The position numbers and the translations under genes were made by a program. The notes under the pieces were generated by a model. The model worked only from the letters and a program-made list of their open reading frames with translations, ran no database searches and had not been told where the DNA came from. Shown piece by piece: positions 28,975 to 38,598 of a DNA stretch of 64,000 nucleotides. The stretch's first letter is position 1; every line of letters begins with the position of its first letter. Source of the stretch: Candidatus Bathyarchaeia archaeon (GTDB lineage Archaea; Thermoproteota; Bathyarchaeia; 40CM-2-53-6); assembly GCA_050013255.1 (NCBI GenBank), contig JBEKFP010000001.1, forward strand, positions 640,001 through 704,000, read 5' to 3'.

Positions 28975-29337
28975 ATGGGACAAGTGCCCCGCAACATGCC
29001 CAGGATCAAAACTCGGAGTTCACGAACCGTTCAATTGTATTCTGAACGGCACATCAACAATGAACGGGACCTCCTAGACTTCATAGAAGCGCTGGACGAG
29101 GATGAAGGGGTTAGAATCGAAGGAAACATCAAGAACCATGAAAACGGCGGCTTCGTATTCGTCGGAACCTACAGGGGCAGCTACTGCGTCAACATATGCG
29201 ACAAGGTGTGGGCCCCAAAGCTGAGACAGTACGTACCCGGCGGAAGAGATGAGTGGTACTACTTCGACAAGGGCAAAGAAGCATTCCGCTTCGTCTTGAA
29301 AGAAGCAAAAAGGCCCCTACGAGCTTGGCTATACTAG
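28975..29337 (+). CDS. Hypothetical protein
   Basis: Protein-like composition; start probably ATG 28996. Confidence 0.7.
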   Translation: MGQVPRNMPRIKTRSSRTVQLYSERHINNERDLLDFIEALDEDEGVRIEGNIKNHENGGFVFVGTYRGSYCVNICDKVWAPKLRQYVPGGRDEWYYFDKGKEAFRFVLKEAKRPLRAWLY

Positions 29338-29462
29338 TGCGGGAAGAGTTCCCGCGCTCATGGCGGACATACAATGGCTTGCTGCAAAGGCATCGGCCAT
29401 TAGGCTTCGCCCAGCATTCTCAACGCAAACGAACAATATTTTCTTGTTTTTGACGTCGGATT

Positions 29463-30281
29463 TCATGTTTCCTTCACCTTAATGCTGCTTCCTTGCTCTG
29501 AGGTCTTCCCGTATCTGTGGGCAGTGATCTCTGCCATTATGCTGAGGGCTATTTCGGCAGGCGTTCGGGCTCCTATGTCCAGACCTATGGGCGCCTTGAC
29601 TCTTGCCAGTAGCTCGTTTGATACGCCCTGCTGTTTCAGGTGAGAGAAGGTCGCTGCGACCTTTTCTTTGCTTCCTATCATGCCAATATATCCCGGAAGC
29701 AATTTCTTTGAGAGGCATTCCTTCAAGACAACCTCGTCATGCTGATGCCCACGAGTGACCATGACAACGCAGTCTTCCGCATGAAAATCCATTGACTTGG
29801 CCGCTCCAACGAAATCGCCCAACTTCACCTCATCAGCTAGAGGAAAACGCTTCCTGTCGGCGAAATCCTCTCGATCGTCAACAACGATTACAGCGAAATC
29901 AAGTGCCTTAGCGAACTCGACAAGAGGAACAGCAATATGTCCTCCGCCGAAAACATACATTGTCGAGGTACCCAAGATTGGTTCCACAAAGACCTTCACC
30001 TTCCCACCGCAAAGTACACCAATGCCATCAGCGCTTTGATCATCAAGCGTTAACTCCAGCAACCTTGGCGTCCTATCATGTAGGCACCGCAAACCTTCTT
30101 CTCGAATCTTCGCTTCAAGCAATCCCCCTCCAACCGTGCCCAGGATCGTGCCGTCAGCATAGACGAGCATACGGAACCCGGTCTTCCCCGGAGCCCCTCT
30201 TTCACCACCCACCACTGTTGCAAGAGAAGCTTTGGAACGTTCTCGCCTTATCCGTGCAATCTCTTCGAAAATATCAGGCAC
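29463..30281 (-). CDS. XdhC/CoxI-family Moco chaperone
   Basis: GTVGGG..E, CGG...VFVEP, FGGGH, TRGH..D, YIGMIGS, PIGLDIGA.TP.EIA. Confidence 0.92.
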   Translation of the reverse strand: MPDIFEEIARIRRERSKASLATVVGGERGAPGKTGFRMLVYADGTILGTVGGGLLEAKIREEGLRCLHDRTPRLLELTLDDQSADGIGVLCGGKVKVFVEPILGTSTMYVFGGGHIAVPLVEFAKALDFAVIVVDDREDFADRKRFPLADEVKLGDFVGAAKSMDFHAEDCVVMVTRGHQHDEVVLKECLSKKLLPGYIGMIGSKEKVAATFSHLKQQGVSNELLARVKAPIGLDIGARTPAEIALSIMAEITAHRYGKTSEQGSSIKVKET

Positions 30282-30300
30282 TTTGACCCATCAACTTCAG

Positions 30301-30726
30301 TCATGGTTCGCTCTCAATGGTTGGTTCGATTAGGACTGGTGGCTTTATCGAATTTGCAATCAAGCTGTACTTGCGAGCCCAATCAAGCGCCTTTCCCACT
30401 CGCTCAACGGATTCTGTCTTGACTTTAATTTTGGGTTTGAGAATGGTCTGGGTGAATGTGGAAGTCCGGTCTAGCAGATCCACTACGTGGCCTTCAGCTT
30501 CGCATTCATAAGAAACGAGTTGAATCTTCAACCGTTCAGCAGCCCAGATGAACATCATGTGAAAGCATGTGTTCAATGCCGCGACGTAAGCATCTTCGGG
30601 CGTCATGACTCCATAACGACCTTGAAGGGCTGGAGGTGCAGAGAAGCTCATGTTTGTGCCATTGCCGCAAGCTAGCTCTCCGTCGTGGCCTCCTGTCCAG
30701 ACTACCTTCGTTTTGTATACTGGCAA
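30301..30726 (-). CDS. OsmC/Ohr-like protein
   Basis: FSAPP...G......PED..VAA...C; second Cys position reads YSLIANS. Confidence 0.8.
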   Translation of the reverse strand: MPVYKTKVVWTGGHDGELACGNGTNMSFSAPPALQGRYGVMTPEDAYVAALNTCFHMMFIWAAERLKIQLVSYECEAEGHVVDLLDRTSTFTQTILKPKIKVKTESVERVGKALDWARKYSLIANSIKPPVLIEPTIESEP

Positions 30727-30730
30727 CCAT

Positions 30731-31147
30731 CTACACCCAGTGTCTTAGAACTTCGTCGACTTCTTCAGCGATCCTGTCAGCAACTTTTCGTGTAACCGTT
30801 AGGGTCTCATCGTTCAGTTTGCGACGAGTACCGAGCCTTGGACACTGCCAGTTCTTCAATATGTCAGTGACGACGATTGATGACGCCGGTTTTCCACTGT
30901 AGCGCTCCGTAGCGGTCTTGGCGCACATCCTGTCGCATCCGTCAACCGTAATTGTTGGGTAGTCTCGTGCGAAGTCTCTCTCTTCTCTACCTCCTGCGAG
31001 GAACAATGGAAGACAGATCGTCACAGTTTCATTTGGTTTCAGCTTTCCTAAGACTAAGCGTGTAGCTACTCGTGACATTGTACCTTCAACGCACTCTTCT
31101 CCGCTGCAGGATATGATGCCAACTTTCTTCTCTTGCACTTCAACCAT
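30731..31147 (-). CDS. DGC-domain putative Zn-binding protein
   Basis: CSG, CL, ITVDGC..MCA. Confidence 0.85.
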   Translation of the reverse strand: MVEVQEKKVGIISCSGEECVEGTMSRVATRLVLGKLKPNETVTICLPLFLAGGREERDFARDYPTITVDGCDRMCAKTATERYSGKPASSIVVTDILKNWQCPRLGTRRKLNDETLTVTRKVADRIAEEVDEVLRHWV

Positions 31148-31566
31148 TATTGTCCCACCACCAAGTTGTCCACCTGTTTGGCAATTTTCTCAGCAAGCGC
31201 CAACGCCATCTGCTGACCGTCGGGATCGAGGAAGGTAACACCTCTCGGTTTCAGATGCCTGTTTTCCTTGTAAACGTCAACCACTCGGACACTTCCGGCT
31301 AGATCACCGCCAGCGAGCTTGACGTTTTTCTCAGCGCACTGAAGTGGGCATCCGTCAACCGTAATGCACTTGTGGTTACGCACAAGCTGCAGAGATTCCT
31401 CGTCCCCACTCACAAGCAATGCGAGACATAGGGTCTGCGTGCCGTCTCTGCGAAGGTTTTCAGTGACCTCGTAAGTTGCGTCTCGGGCTATGCTTCCGAA
31501 TGCCTTACCGATTCCGCTGCATGGTATTACAATCACTTTCTTCTGATTTGGACTGTCCATTTTCAT
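31147..31566 (-). CDS. DGC-domain putative Zn-binding protein
   Basis: CSG, CLA, ITVDGCPLQCA. Confidence 0.85.
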   Translation of the reverse strand: MKMDSPNQKKVIVIPCSGIGKAFGSIARDATYEVTENLRRDGTQTLCLALLVSGDEESLQLVRNHKCITVDGCPLQCAEKNVKLAGGDLAGSVRVVDVYKENRHLKPRGVTFLDPDGQQMALALAEKIAKQVDNLVVGQ

Positions 31567-32021
31567 CTGGACTCCAGTTTGTCATGTCCGCTTTGCAGCT
31601 TTTCGAGCATCAACTTGTAATAATCGTCGGCACTCAACAGTGATGTACGGTCATCATCGAGGTTGCGTGGGGCGATGACAACCAGCCAGCCCTCTCCATA
31701 AGGATCGGAATTAACCAGCTCAGGCTTTCCAATGAGCTTGCTGTTCGTATCCTCAAGTTCTCCTGACATTGGGGAGAGTAATGCTACAGTCGTTTTTGCG
31801 CTCTCCATGGTCCCAAGCTCTTGGCCTTTCTCAACTGTCGAACCTGGTTTTGCTACTTCAACAAATGCTACATCGCCCGATGTCTTCTGAAGGTAGTCGC
31901 TCACTCCAACCTTCGCTTTGCCATTCTCGACACTGACCCAGAGGTCATCTTTTGTGTAGTAGAACCCTTTGCGCACCCGCAGCTCGAACTTGTCGTAGGT
32001 GGTTGTGAAATATTCGCTCAA
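31563..32021 (-). CDS. Glycine cleavage H-like lipoyl carrier protein
   Basis: VGVSDY.Q...GDV.FVE, lipoyl site ESAKT, N.DPYGEGW. Confidence 0.9.
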   Translation of the reverse strand: MSEYFTTTYDKFELRVRKGFYYTKDDLWVSVENGKAKVGVSDYLQKTSGDVAFVEVAKPGSTVEKGQELGTMESAKTTVALLSPMSGELEDTNSKLIGKPELVNSDPYGEGWLVVIAPRNLDDDRTSLLSADDYYKLMLEKLQSGHDKLESR

Positions 32022-32227
32022 GTCGAACCGTTCCTAGATGATGGCGCAAGGGCGACAGGCTCACAGTCCATGCAGTAATCGGTTTCCTTGTTCGTCCAGT
32101 AGACCTTACCACATCGAGGGCAGGTTGTTTTTCTGAGCCAGTCTTTCTTAGCAGGGGGAGCACGCATCAGGTCAGAATGCCTGGCAGCGCATGCACAAGT
32201 CCCCGGGTTCTCCTCATCCTGCAACAC
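32018..32227 (-). CDS. Small Cys-rich Zn-finger protein
   Basis: CAC, CPRC...CMDC. Confidence 0.7.
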   Translation of the reverse strand: MLQDEENPGTCACAARHSDLMRAPPAKKDWLRKTTCPRCGKVYWTNKETDYCMDCEPVALAPSSRNGST

Positions 32228-32240
32228 GGCGCAACCTCCG

Positions 32241-33314
32241 CTAGCAGACTCCGCCCATTCCGACTTTTTGAGCGGATTTGGTTTCTACGCTGATTGCTTG
32301 GAGGTGGTTTCGCCTTCGACGCGCCATCCAGACAATGGTAAGCATCACTGGAATTTCTATGAGAGGACCAACCACGGTCGAAACCGCCACCATCGGCATC
32401 GATGCAAAAGCTGTTAGCGCTATGGCTATTGCGAGTTCAAAGTTCCTTCCGGTGCAGTGAAAGCCCATAGTACATGCATCTTCATAGTTGTAACCCATGC
32501 GCTTGGTAGTGTAGTATACGAGGTTGAAAAGCAAGAAGAAGAACAGCACTACAGGAATGGCCATCTGCCAGATTAGGTTAGGATTATCAAGTATTACGCC
32601 TCCTCTAAGAGAGAACATTACGACCATCGTGAATAGTAGTGCCAGAAGCTGCATCGTGTTGAAGTAGGGAATCAACTTCCTATTCAACCAGTCCTCAGAT
32701 TTCCGTTTGATGACCTCCCTTCGAGTTATTACACCGAAGAGTAACGGTAATCCAAGATAGAGAAGAACGCTCTCTCCGATCAAACCGATATCAATGGAGA
32801 TGTATGTTCCTACGAGCAGAGCAATGTACAGAGGCGTTGTGATAACTTGGATAATGGAGTTCCACGCCATGAGAACAATTCCGAGTGGACCATTACCGTT
32901 CGCCAGATCAGTCCAGACTAGGACCATTGCAATGCAAGGCGCTACGCCAAGCAGAATCAAGCCTGTCCAGAGATAACGTGCCGTCTCAGCTGTGATTAGG
33001 CCGAAGTAAGGTAGAACCTGCTCGAAGAATACGAACCCGAGCGCATAGAGCAAGAAGGGGTTTACGGCGTAATTGAAGAAGGCGATTACGCCAACCTGCC
33101 TCTTACTTCGTAGCGCAACCTTCAACTCGTTCAACTCGATCTTCGTCATGGCCGGGTAGATCATCAGGAACAGCCCGATTGGAATGCCAATCTGAAGGTA
33201 CTTGCCGAGCTCAGGCAGGTACTTGCCGAGTCCAAGGCCGATGATTATGCAGGCCCCTATCCACACCGCCAAGAGTTTGTCGATCCAACCAAGCCTACTT
33301 GTTTTCTCATTCAT
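32241..33314 (-). CDS. acr3: Arsenite efflux pump Acr3
   Basis: APCIAMVLVW, NFELAIA, GPLIE.PV. Confidence 0.95.
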   Translation of the reverse strand: MNEKTSRLGWIDKLLAVWIGACIIIGLGLGKYLPELGKYLQIGIPIGLFLMIYPAMTKIELNELKVALRSKRQVGVIAFFNYAVNPFLLYALGFVFFEQVLPYFGLITAETARYLWTGLILLGVAPCIAMVLVWTDLANGNGPLGIVLMAWNSIIQVITTPLYIALLVGTYISIDIGLIGESVLLYLGLPLLFGVITRREVIKRKSEDWLNRKLIPYFNTMQLLALLFTMVVMFSLRGGVILDNPNLIWQMAIPVVLFFFLLFNLVYYTTKRMGYNYEDACTMGFHCTGRNFELAIAIALTAFASMPMVAVSTVVGPLIEIPVMLTIVWMARRRRNHLQAISVETKSAQKVGMGGVC

Positions 33315-33324
33315 GTTGACGATC

Positions 33325-33399
33325 TCCCACTCCTATGGCCATTGCTAAGAAAATCTAGAGCGTAAGAAACCTGTCGAGCAGCGACAGTCGCTGCGTCAT
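33325..33399 (-). pseudogene. N-terminal remnant of a second acr3
   Basis: MTQRLSLLDRFLTL*IFLAMAIGVG; TAG at 33355-33357 where Acr3 normally has Trp. Confidence 0.75.
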
Positions 33400-33446
33400 T
33401 TTTCCCAGACTCGTGATTCTATGCGCTGATGGTACAAAGGAAATGA

Positions 33447-34181
33447 TCAGCTAGGTTTCGAGGCCTTCCAGGCCATGCTCTTCACGTGAAGTTGCTGCGA
33501 CGCCGTTTCCTCGTTTATTGGGTGGGATTCATCCGATCCTTGCACTTCTATGAAACCCGCCTTTTCGAGGATACCTCGGTACTCGTTGGGCGTAACGGCC
33601 CCTGATATGCAAGCTGCCCATTCTTCTGGCTTGATTGGCTTTCGGCCTTCTTGAGTAGCAACCATGTCTGACACTGAAATTCTACCTCCGGGTTTGAGGA
33701 CACGGTAGATTTCTTTGAACGCTAATTCCTTGTTTGGGACCAAGTTCAGCACGCAGTTGCTTATGACTAGGTCCACAGAGTCACTCTCAATGGGCATGTG
33801 CTCTATCTCCCCGAGTCGAAACTCCACATTTTCATAATCATGTTTCTTGGCTGTTTCACGTGCGCGGAAAATCATTTCGGGAGTGGCATCAAGCCCGATT
33901 ATCTTGCCCGATTTGCCTACGAGTTTCGATGCACGGAAGACATCGACGCCTCCGCCACTACCAAGGTCCAGTATGGTTTCCCCCTCCCGAACCTCGGCAT
34001 GCGCTAGGGGCAAACCACAACTTGCAACGACATTCAAAGCCTCACTGGGAAGATCACCTTCCTCCATTACTCCCGTGGCGCAGCACGAGTTCTCGGCCCC
34101 TCCTCCGCAGCATGGTTCATTCAACACAGCCAGTTTGCTGTAGTGTTTTCTTACAGCTTCCTTGATTTGTTCTTCACTCAT
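33447..34181 (-). CDS. arsM: Arsenite S-adenosylmethionine methyltransferase
   Basis: CC-rich N-terminus, SCG.P, DLGSGGG.D, ISNCVLNL, W..CISGA; start set at MSEEQIK. Confidence 0.92.
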   Translation of the reverse strand: MSEEQIKEAVRKHYSKLAVLNEPCCGGGAENSCCATGVMEEGDLPSEALNVVASCGLPLAHAEVREGETILDLGSGGGVDVFRASKLVGKSGKIIGLDATPEMIFRARETAKKHDYENVEFRLGEIEHMPIESDSVDLVISNCVLNLVPNKELAFKEIYRVLKPGGRISVSDMVATQEGRKPIKPEEWAACISGAVTPNEYRGILEKAGFIEVQGSDESHPINEETASQQLHVKSMAWKASKPS

Positions 34182-34209
34182 GTTCGCTCGTCCACAAGAC
34201 ATCAGAACA

Positions 34210-34233
34210 ACATATTTAAGAATGTTGATATGT
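34210..34233. promoter_or_regulatory. Putative ArsR operator
   Basis: ACATAT-N12-ATATGT inverted repeat in the divergent arsM/arsR gap. Confidence 0.6.
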
Positions 34234-34250
34234 ATTCTGTTTTGGTCAGC

Positions 34251-34649
34251 ATGAGCGCAACAATCGCCCAAGCAAGAGTCAAACGCCTCGTAAACCTCGG
34301 GTTAGTCAACTCTAATTGCACCCCCAACGAACGAATTACGCAACTGAAATCGAGAATAAGCGAGGATGACGTCACCTTTCGAGAACTGAAGACATTCTTC
34401 TCCGCGCTTGGTGATTCTACTCGGCTGAGGATGCTTAGGCTGATTGGTGATGAGGAGTTATGCTCTTGCGAAGTCATGGCCACCCTTGAGCTGACACAGC
34501 CGACCACTTCGCACCACCTAGGAATACTCGAAAGGGCTGGGCTCCTCAGTTCACGGCGCAACGGGAAATGGGTATTCTACAAGATAGCGAACCCGAAAGT
34601 CAAGAACCTGATCACTAAAGGATTCAAACTCATTGAGGGGGCGGAGTGA
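34251..34649 (+). CDS. arsR: ArsR repressor
   Basis: F.ALGD.TRL, ELCSCE, QPT.SHHL..L..AGL, RRNGKW.FY. Confidence 0.92.
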   Translation: MSATIAQARVKRLVNLGLVNSNCTPNERITQLKSRISEDDVTFRELKTFFSALGDSTRLRMLRLIGDEELCSCEVMATLELTQPTTSHHLGILERAGLLSSRRNGKWVFYKIANPKVKNLITKGFKLIEGAE

Positions 34650-35047
34650 TGAAGCGAGTGCTCTTTGTCTGCGTAGAGAACGCGGGCAGAAGCCAGATGG
34701 CTGAGGCCATTGCACGCTCATACGGGATCGAGGCTACTAGCGCAGGCACGATCCCGGCGGCAGCAGTCAACCCAACCGTCGTTGAAGCCATGAAAGAGAG
34801 GGGGTTCAATCTGTCTTCCACCAAGCCGAAGCTTCTGACCCCCCAGATGATTGAAGCGGCCGACTACGTTGTTACAATGGGCTGCCGTGTCGAAGACGTT
34901 TGCCCAAGACCCCTGATCGTCAAGATGGAGAAGAAGCTTGTTGATTGGCACATCGACGACCCTAAAGGAAAACCGGTGGAGGATGTCCGCAAGATACGAA
35001 GCGAAATAGAAAACCGCGTTATTGAATTGCTCAAGAAACCAAGCTAA
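34646..35047 (+). CDS. arsC: Arsenate reductase (LMW-PTP fold)
   Basis: CVENAGRSQMAE, TMGC....CP, DW..DDP.G. Confidence 0.92.
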   Translation: MMKRVLFVCVENAGRSQMAEAIARSYGIEATSAGTIPAAAVNPTVVEAMKERGFNLSSTKPKLLTPQMIEAADYVVTMGCRVEDVCPRPLIVKMEKKLVDWHIDDPKGKPVEDVRKIRSEIENRVIELLKKPS

Positions 35048-36434
35048 TCCACGCAGCGATTCCATTCAGGCTAAGCACTGAAAAGCGGACCTTGTTTATG
35101 TAGCCCCTTGTCCTGCGACCTTGACGCGGCCGGAGGAACCATACAACGAACGCTGCTAGGAAGATGGCTGCGACAATGGCGAGACCGGGTAACGTTGGCG
35201 AGGGTTCGAAGTATGACCGCGTGGCCAAGATAGTCACATCATCGACGGCAGTTGCAATTCCCATTGTTATCGAGAGGGTTATGTTCTTTCCTGCGAAACC
35301 GGTCAAGTCACGCGTAATCACGCTGGCTGGTTCCGTTCCTAACGTGTTTTTGCCGAATGCGTAGGTTTCCGGTTCATCCAAGGTTCCGTTGAACATAATC
35401 CCAGCTGGAGTAATGCCGAGAAGAACCCAAGGTACATCCCCTCCGATACTGGTGGGATTATCCGCCCAAGCCTTGATCGACAGCGAGATCCTCGTCGCAT
35501 CATGAGGCAAGTGAACTTCTTGAAAAGCCTGACCTAGCGGAAAATCTGGGACCCCCTGCAGTTTCAGGTGAGGGTTTCCGGGAGACCCTTTTTCAGAGGC
35601 CGTCATGCAACAAGACGAAGTGTTTTGCTGATATTCGCTCCAATATTTCCAATGCTGAGTACCCTGAGAAAAATCTCCATTCTGGACCAAGTTTGTTTGT
35701 TGCGTGAACATTGGTTCGGGTGACGACGGGGCCGCAATTATGGATATGTCATCGACTGCGACTTGGTCCCCGGCAACACGGAAGATTAAGGGGTCACCAA
35801 GATTGAAGATCGTAATGTCACGGGTTATTGTAGTGAACTCACGTCTTGGGACTTGGAACAATTCATAGTTATCAAACTCAGCAGCGCTCGTCGCCTCCCT
35901 CATCAGCTGAGTAGTCAAATTGCCTCCGAGGCCTCTATCCAAGGCGACGCGCACGTAACTATAGTTACCCAAAGCCCAAGCTCTGAGGGAGAGGGTTATT
36001 CTAGCTGCGTCTTTGGGAAGGCGAAGTGAGTCCTTGTAAACATCCTGCTCGAACCGTTCCATCCCATACGCACCACCATTCCCTGTCCAGAGCTCTAGGT
36101 GCGGATTTCCCGGCGTCTCCTCATCCGAAACCATCACGCAACCGTAATACCCCCCAATGTCTGAAGGGTTACCTACTTGGCACGGGTTAGTTGGACCGTC
36201 CACAATCCAGTGCTCAAGGCCTTGAGAAAAATCTCCATTTTCCACAAGATTCTCCTGCGCGGCCGCGGGCACTGGAAACGCCGTTAACAGCATGTTGGCG
36301 ACTAGAATTCCACAGATCAGGGATAGTGAGGAAACGGCCGTCCTCAAAGAGGACCCTGACTTCATTCTATGAAACGCCTGATTTACACATTGAGCCCCGC
36401 ATACCCACGTGAACATCAGAGACAAGCAGCGCAC
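35031..36434 (-). CDS. Surface protein with two CBM4/9-like domains and a C-terminal anchor
   Basis: NLV.NGDFSQG..HW...PGNPHL...VDD repeated twice; start uncertain. Confidence 0.7.
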   Translation of the reverse strand: MRCLSLMFTWVCGAQCVNQAFHRMKSGSSLRTAVSSLSLICGILVANMLLTAFPVPAAAQENLVENGDFSQGLEHWIVDGPTNPCQVGNPSDIGGYYGCVMVSDEETPGNPHLELWTGNGGAYGMERFEQDVYKDSLRLPKDAARITLSLRAWALGNYSYVRVALDRGLGGNLTTQLMREATSAAEFDNYELFQVPRREFTTITRDITIFNLGDPLIFRVAGDQVAVDDISIIAAPSSPEPMFTQQTNLVQNGDFSQGTQHWKYWSEYQQNTSSCCMTASEKGSPGNPHLKLQGVPDFPLGQAFQEVHLPHDATRISLSIKAWADNPTSIGGDVPWVLLGITPAGIMFNGTLDEPETYAFGKNTLGTEPASVITRDLTGFAGKNITLSITMGIATAVDDVTILATRSYFEPSPTLPGLAIVAAIFLAAFVVWFLRPRQGRRTRGYINKVRFSVLSLNGIAAWISLVS

Positions 36435-36564
36435 CCCATTTCAAGCATATTCCTCCAAGTTGAATGTGCCAATTTACTTCGTTTTCGCGTAAGCACACGA
36501 TTAAGCTCCTTCGGCCTCTTGGTTTGTGTCGGTCTAATGGCGTGCACTTAACGATGGATTGAGC

Positions 36565-37044
36565 TTATCGGCCGGACATGATTGAGGCTAGGGTGAACAT
36601 TGTGCACCCCAACCCAAGAGGAACCAACCCAATCAACAAGAAAATTGCTGATAAGTTTGGCGCGGTCCTCGTTAGCGGTCGAAACAGCGAAAGGTAGAAT
36701 GAAAGTGAAATTTCTGCAGTGAACACCGAAAGTGTTAGAATCCCAAACAAAACTGCTGCTGCATTAGCTTTTGATTTCTCAAACGATAAAACTACAGCAG
36801 CTACAACAAAGGATGAAGCCATTGAAGCATTAGTTACGAATGGTGTCAACGCCCTAAGATAACCCGATCTGAAAGCTGCGCCTGCTCCACCATTTTCGGT
36901 GACTGCTCCCATCAAGATCGGGAGAAGTACCGAGAATGCAATCAATGCCAGTCCAACAATGGCCAAGAGAGCTTCAGGGAATCGTAGACGTGTGGAATGT
37001 TTCGTATCTTGATTATCGGGTTGTGTTGACGTTGATTTCACCAA
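36565..37044 (-). CDS. 4-TM membrane protein
   Basis: Hydrophobicity pattern. Confidence 0.6.
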   Translation of the reverse strand: MVKSTSTQPDNQDTKHSTRLRFPEALLAIVGLALIAFSVLLPILMGAVTENGGAGAAFRSGYLRALTPFVTNASMASSFVVAAVVLSFEKSKANAAAVLFGILTLSVFTAEISLSFYLSLFRPLTRTAPNLSAIFLLIGLVPLGLGCTMFTLASIMSGR

Positions 37045-37093
37045 GCAGTCTCAGCGACCGCGGCATGGGTCGGCGTGAACATGATAGGGCGTG

Positions 37094-37381
37094 TTAGTTG
37101 ACGGCTTTCAGCTTTGTTTGCATCGTTGCAGGTTTGTCGCGCCTATCATCAATTTTCAAAGTGGTGACAACCCTCTTGGCACCCGTCTCGACGACCGCTA
37201 GGTGAGCTGCCTTCACTGCGTCAAGAATCTCATCAATGCTAGCAGCTTCAAGCGAAGTCCCATTAGGCCCTGAAACCGTTTTGAGCCCTGACTTCTTCAG
37301 ACTCGCCACTGCGACCCTGACGAACCGGCTGATGCTTGACCCTTCACCGAGAACTGAAACACTAACCTCTGCAACTATCAT
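37094..37381 (-). CDS. MTH1187/YkoF-like thiamine-binding protein
   Basis: MIVAEVSV..LG.G.S.S.FV...RV.TTLKIDDRRDK. Confidence 0.88.
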   Translation of the reverse strand: MIVAEVSVSVLGEGSSISRFVRVAVASLKKSGLKTVSGPNGTSLEAASIDEILDAVKAAHLAVVETGAKRVVTTLKIDDRRDKPATMQTKLKAVN

Positions 37382-37536
37382 CTTACGATCGGCAATACTA
37401 GAACGGACCCACCAAATATCTTCGCCGTTACTGACCGGGTGATAGGACTCTTGCCGTTGAAGACCGTCTATGTGACGAATCTCCGCACCTTTCTTCGCAT
37501 CCCTCACGATTAACTCCCGTTAAAGACGAAGTTGTT

Positions 37537-38598
37537 CTAGCCACCTATCTTGCTGCCACATTCAGTGCAGAAGTTGGCCACAGTTGGCAAGGGGGACCCG
37601 CAATTCATGCAATAATTCCTTTCCTTCGCCCTCATGATGCCTGTCTGCTGCTGTTTCTTTCTCTTGTTACGAGCGTTGAAGGCGAACACGGCCACGAGGA
37701 TGAGCGCAGCTGCTCCTAAACCCCCCAATACGGTCTGGGAGATTGCCTTGATTAGGGTCGAGGTCAATGAGGCACCAGAATTGTTGAGAGGTAGAGTTGA
37801 AAGCAGCTCGCCGTCCTTCCTCAGCTGCTGACCCGTGCCGGCGATTATGTCAGTAGGCCCCAAGACTGTAACACCGTAAGGAATCGCTACGTCGCATTCG
37901 GGTTTCTCTACACCGCAACCTGAAATTGCGTAAAGAAATTTCACCAGGTGCCACTCGTTCCGCGCATAATATGAGGGAGTTCTAAATTCAACAGGCCCCA
38001 AGCTTCCACTCGCCGTAGCTGAGTTACCTCCTTCCTCCGCTACAACGGAAACGGGGTCCCTTGAAACCGTCCACGGGTAGTTCAGTTTCGAAACGGTTTG
38101 CCCATCAAGTAGAAAGGCCCACCCATTTGTAACATTGGCCATGATCTGGTAGAGGTGCCACGCCCCTTCCTGGCCGACTGAATTTCTTGGGCCGATAGCA
38201 AAGTAGTAGTTAGGGACCTTCGCATCCGGCCAGTACTCCCAAAACCATCGTGCATCACCATTCTCAACCAAGTCGAAAGATCCCGAGCAGGTCGAATTTC
38301 CTCCAGAACTATACCCGTACATGCAATAGTTTCCGCTAGTTGCTAGGTCGTAACCGAACTGTATGAAAGATCCGTTTTGTAGATTGCTTCCGACCCAGAA
38401 CGCAGCGCCAAAATCTTGATCACCAAGGGTGGAGACATGGGTGCGAATTTCAACGCCAACCCCCATGTTCCCCCGAGAAGCACTATCAGCAAAAGCCCCA
38501 ACCTGAATACTATAGGCCGCCTGCGCCGTTGCCTGTGGCAGAAAAAGCAGGAACATTAACAACGCAATAACCGGGAGAATTCTACGAACGCGCAACAT
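37537..38598 (-). CDS. Secreted beta-rich protein with TM and C-terminal zinc ribbon
   Basis: Signal peptide, TM, CMNCG...FCTECG. Confidence 0.75.
   Translation of the reverse strand: MLRVRRILPVIALLMFLLFLPQATAQAAYSIQVGAFADSASRGNMGVGVEIRTHVSTLGDQDFGAAFWVGSNLQNGSFIQFGYDLATSGNYCMYGYSSGGNSTCSGSFDLVENGDARWFWEYWPDAKVPNYYFAIGPRNSVGQEGAWHLYQIMANVTNGWAFLLDGQTVSKLNYPWTVSRDPVSVVAEEGGNSATASGSLGPVEFRTPSYYARNEWHLVKFLYAISGCGVEKPECDVAIPYGVTVLGPTDIIAGTGQQLRKDGELLSTLPLNNSGASLTSTLIKAISQTVLGGLGAAALILVAVFAFNARNKRKKQQQTGIMRAKERNYCMNCGSPLPTVANFCTECGSKIGG

Noticed and set aside
28650-29009. 119-aa minus-strand ORF across mini-element 1
   Set aside because: Crosses the element boundary, overlaps the next gene, and has no transposase or other motif.
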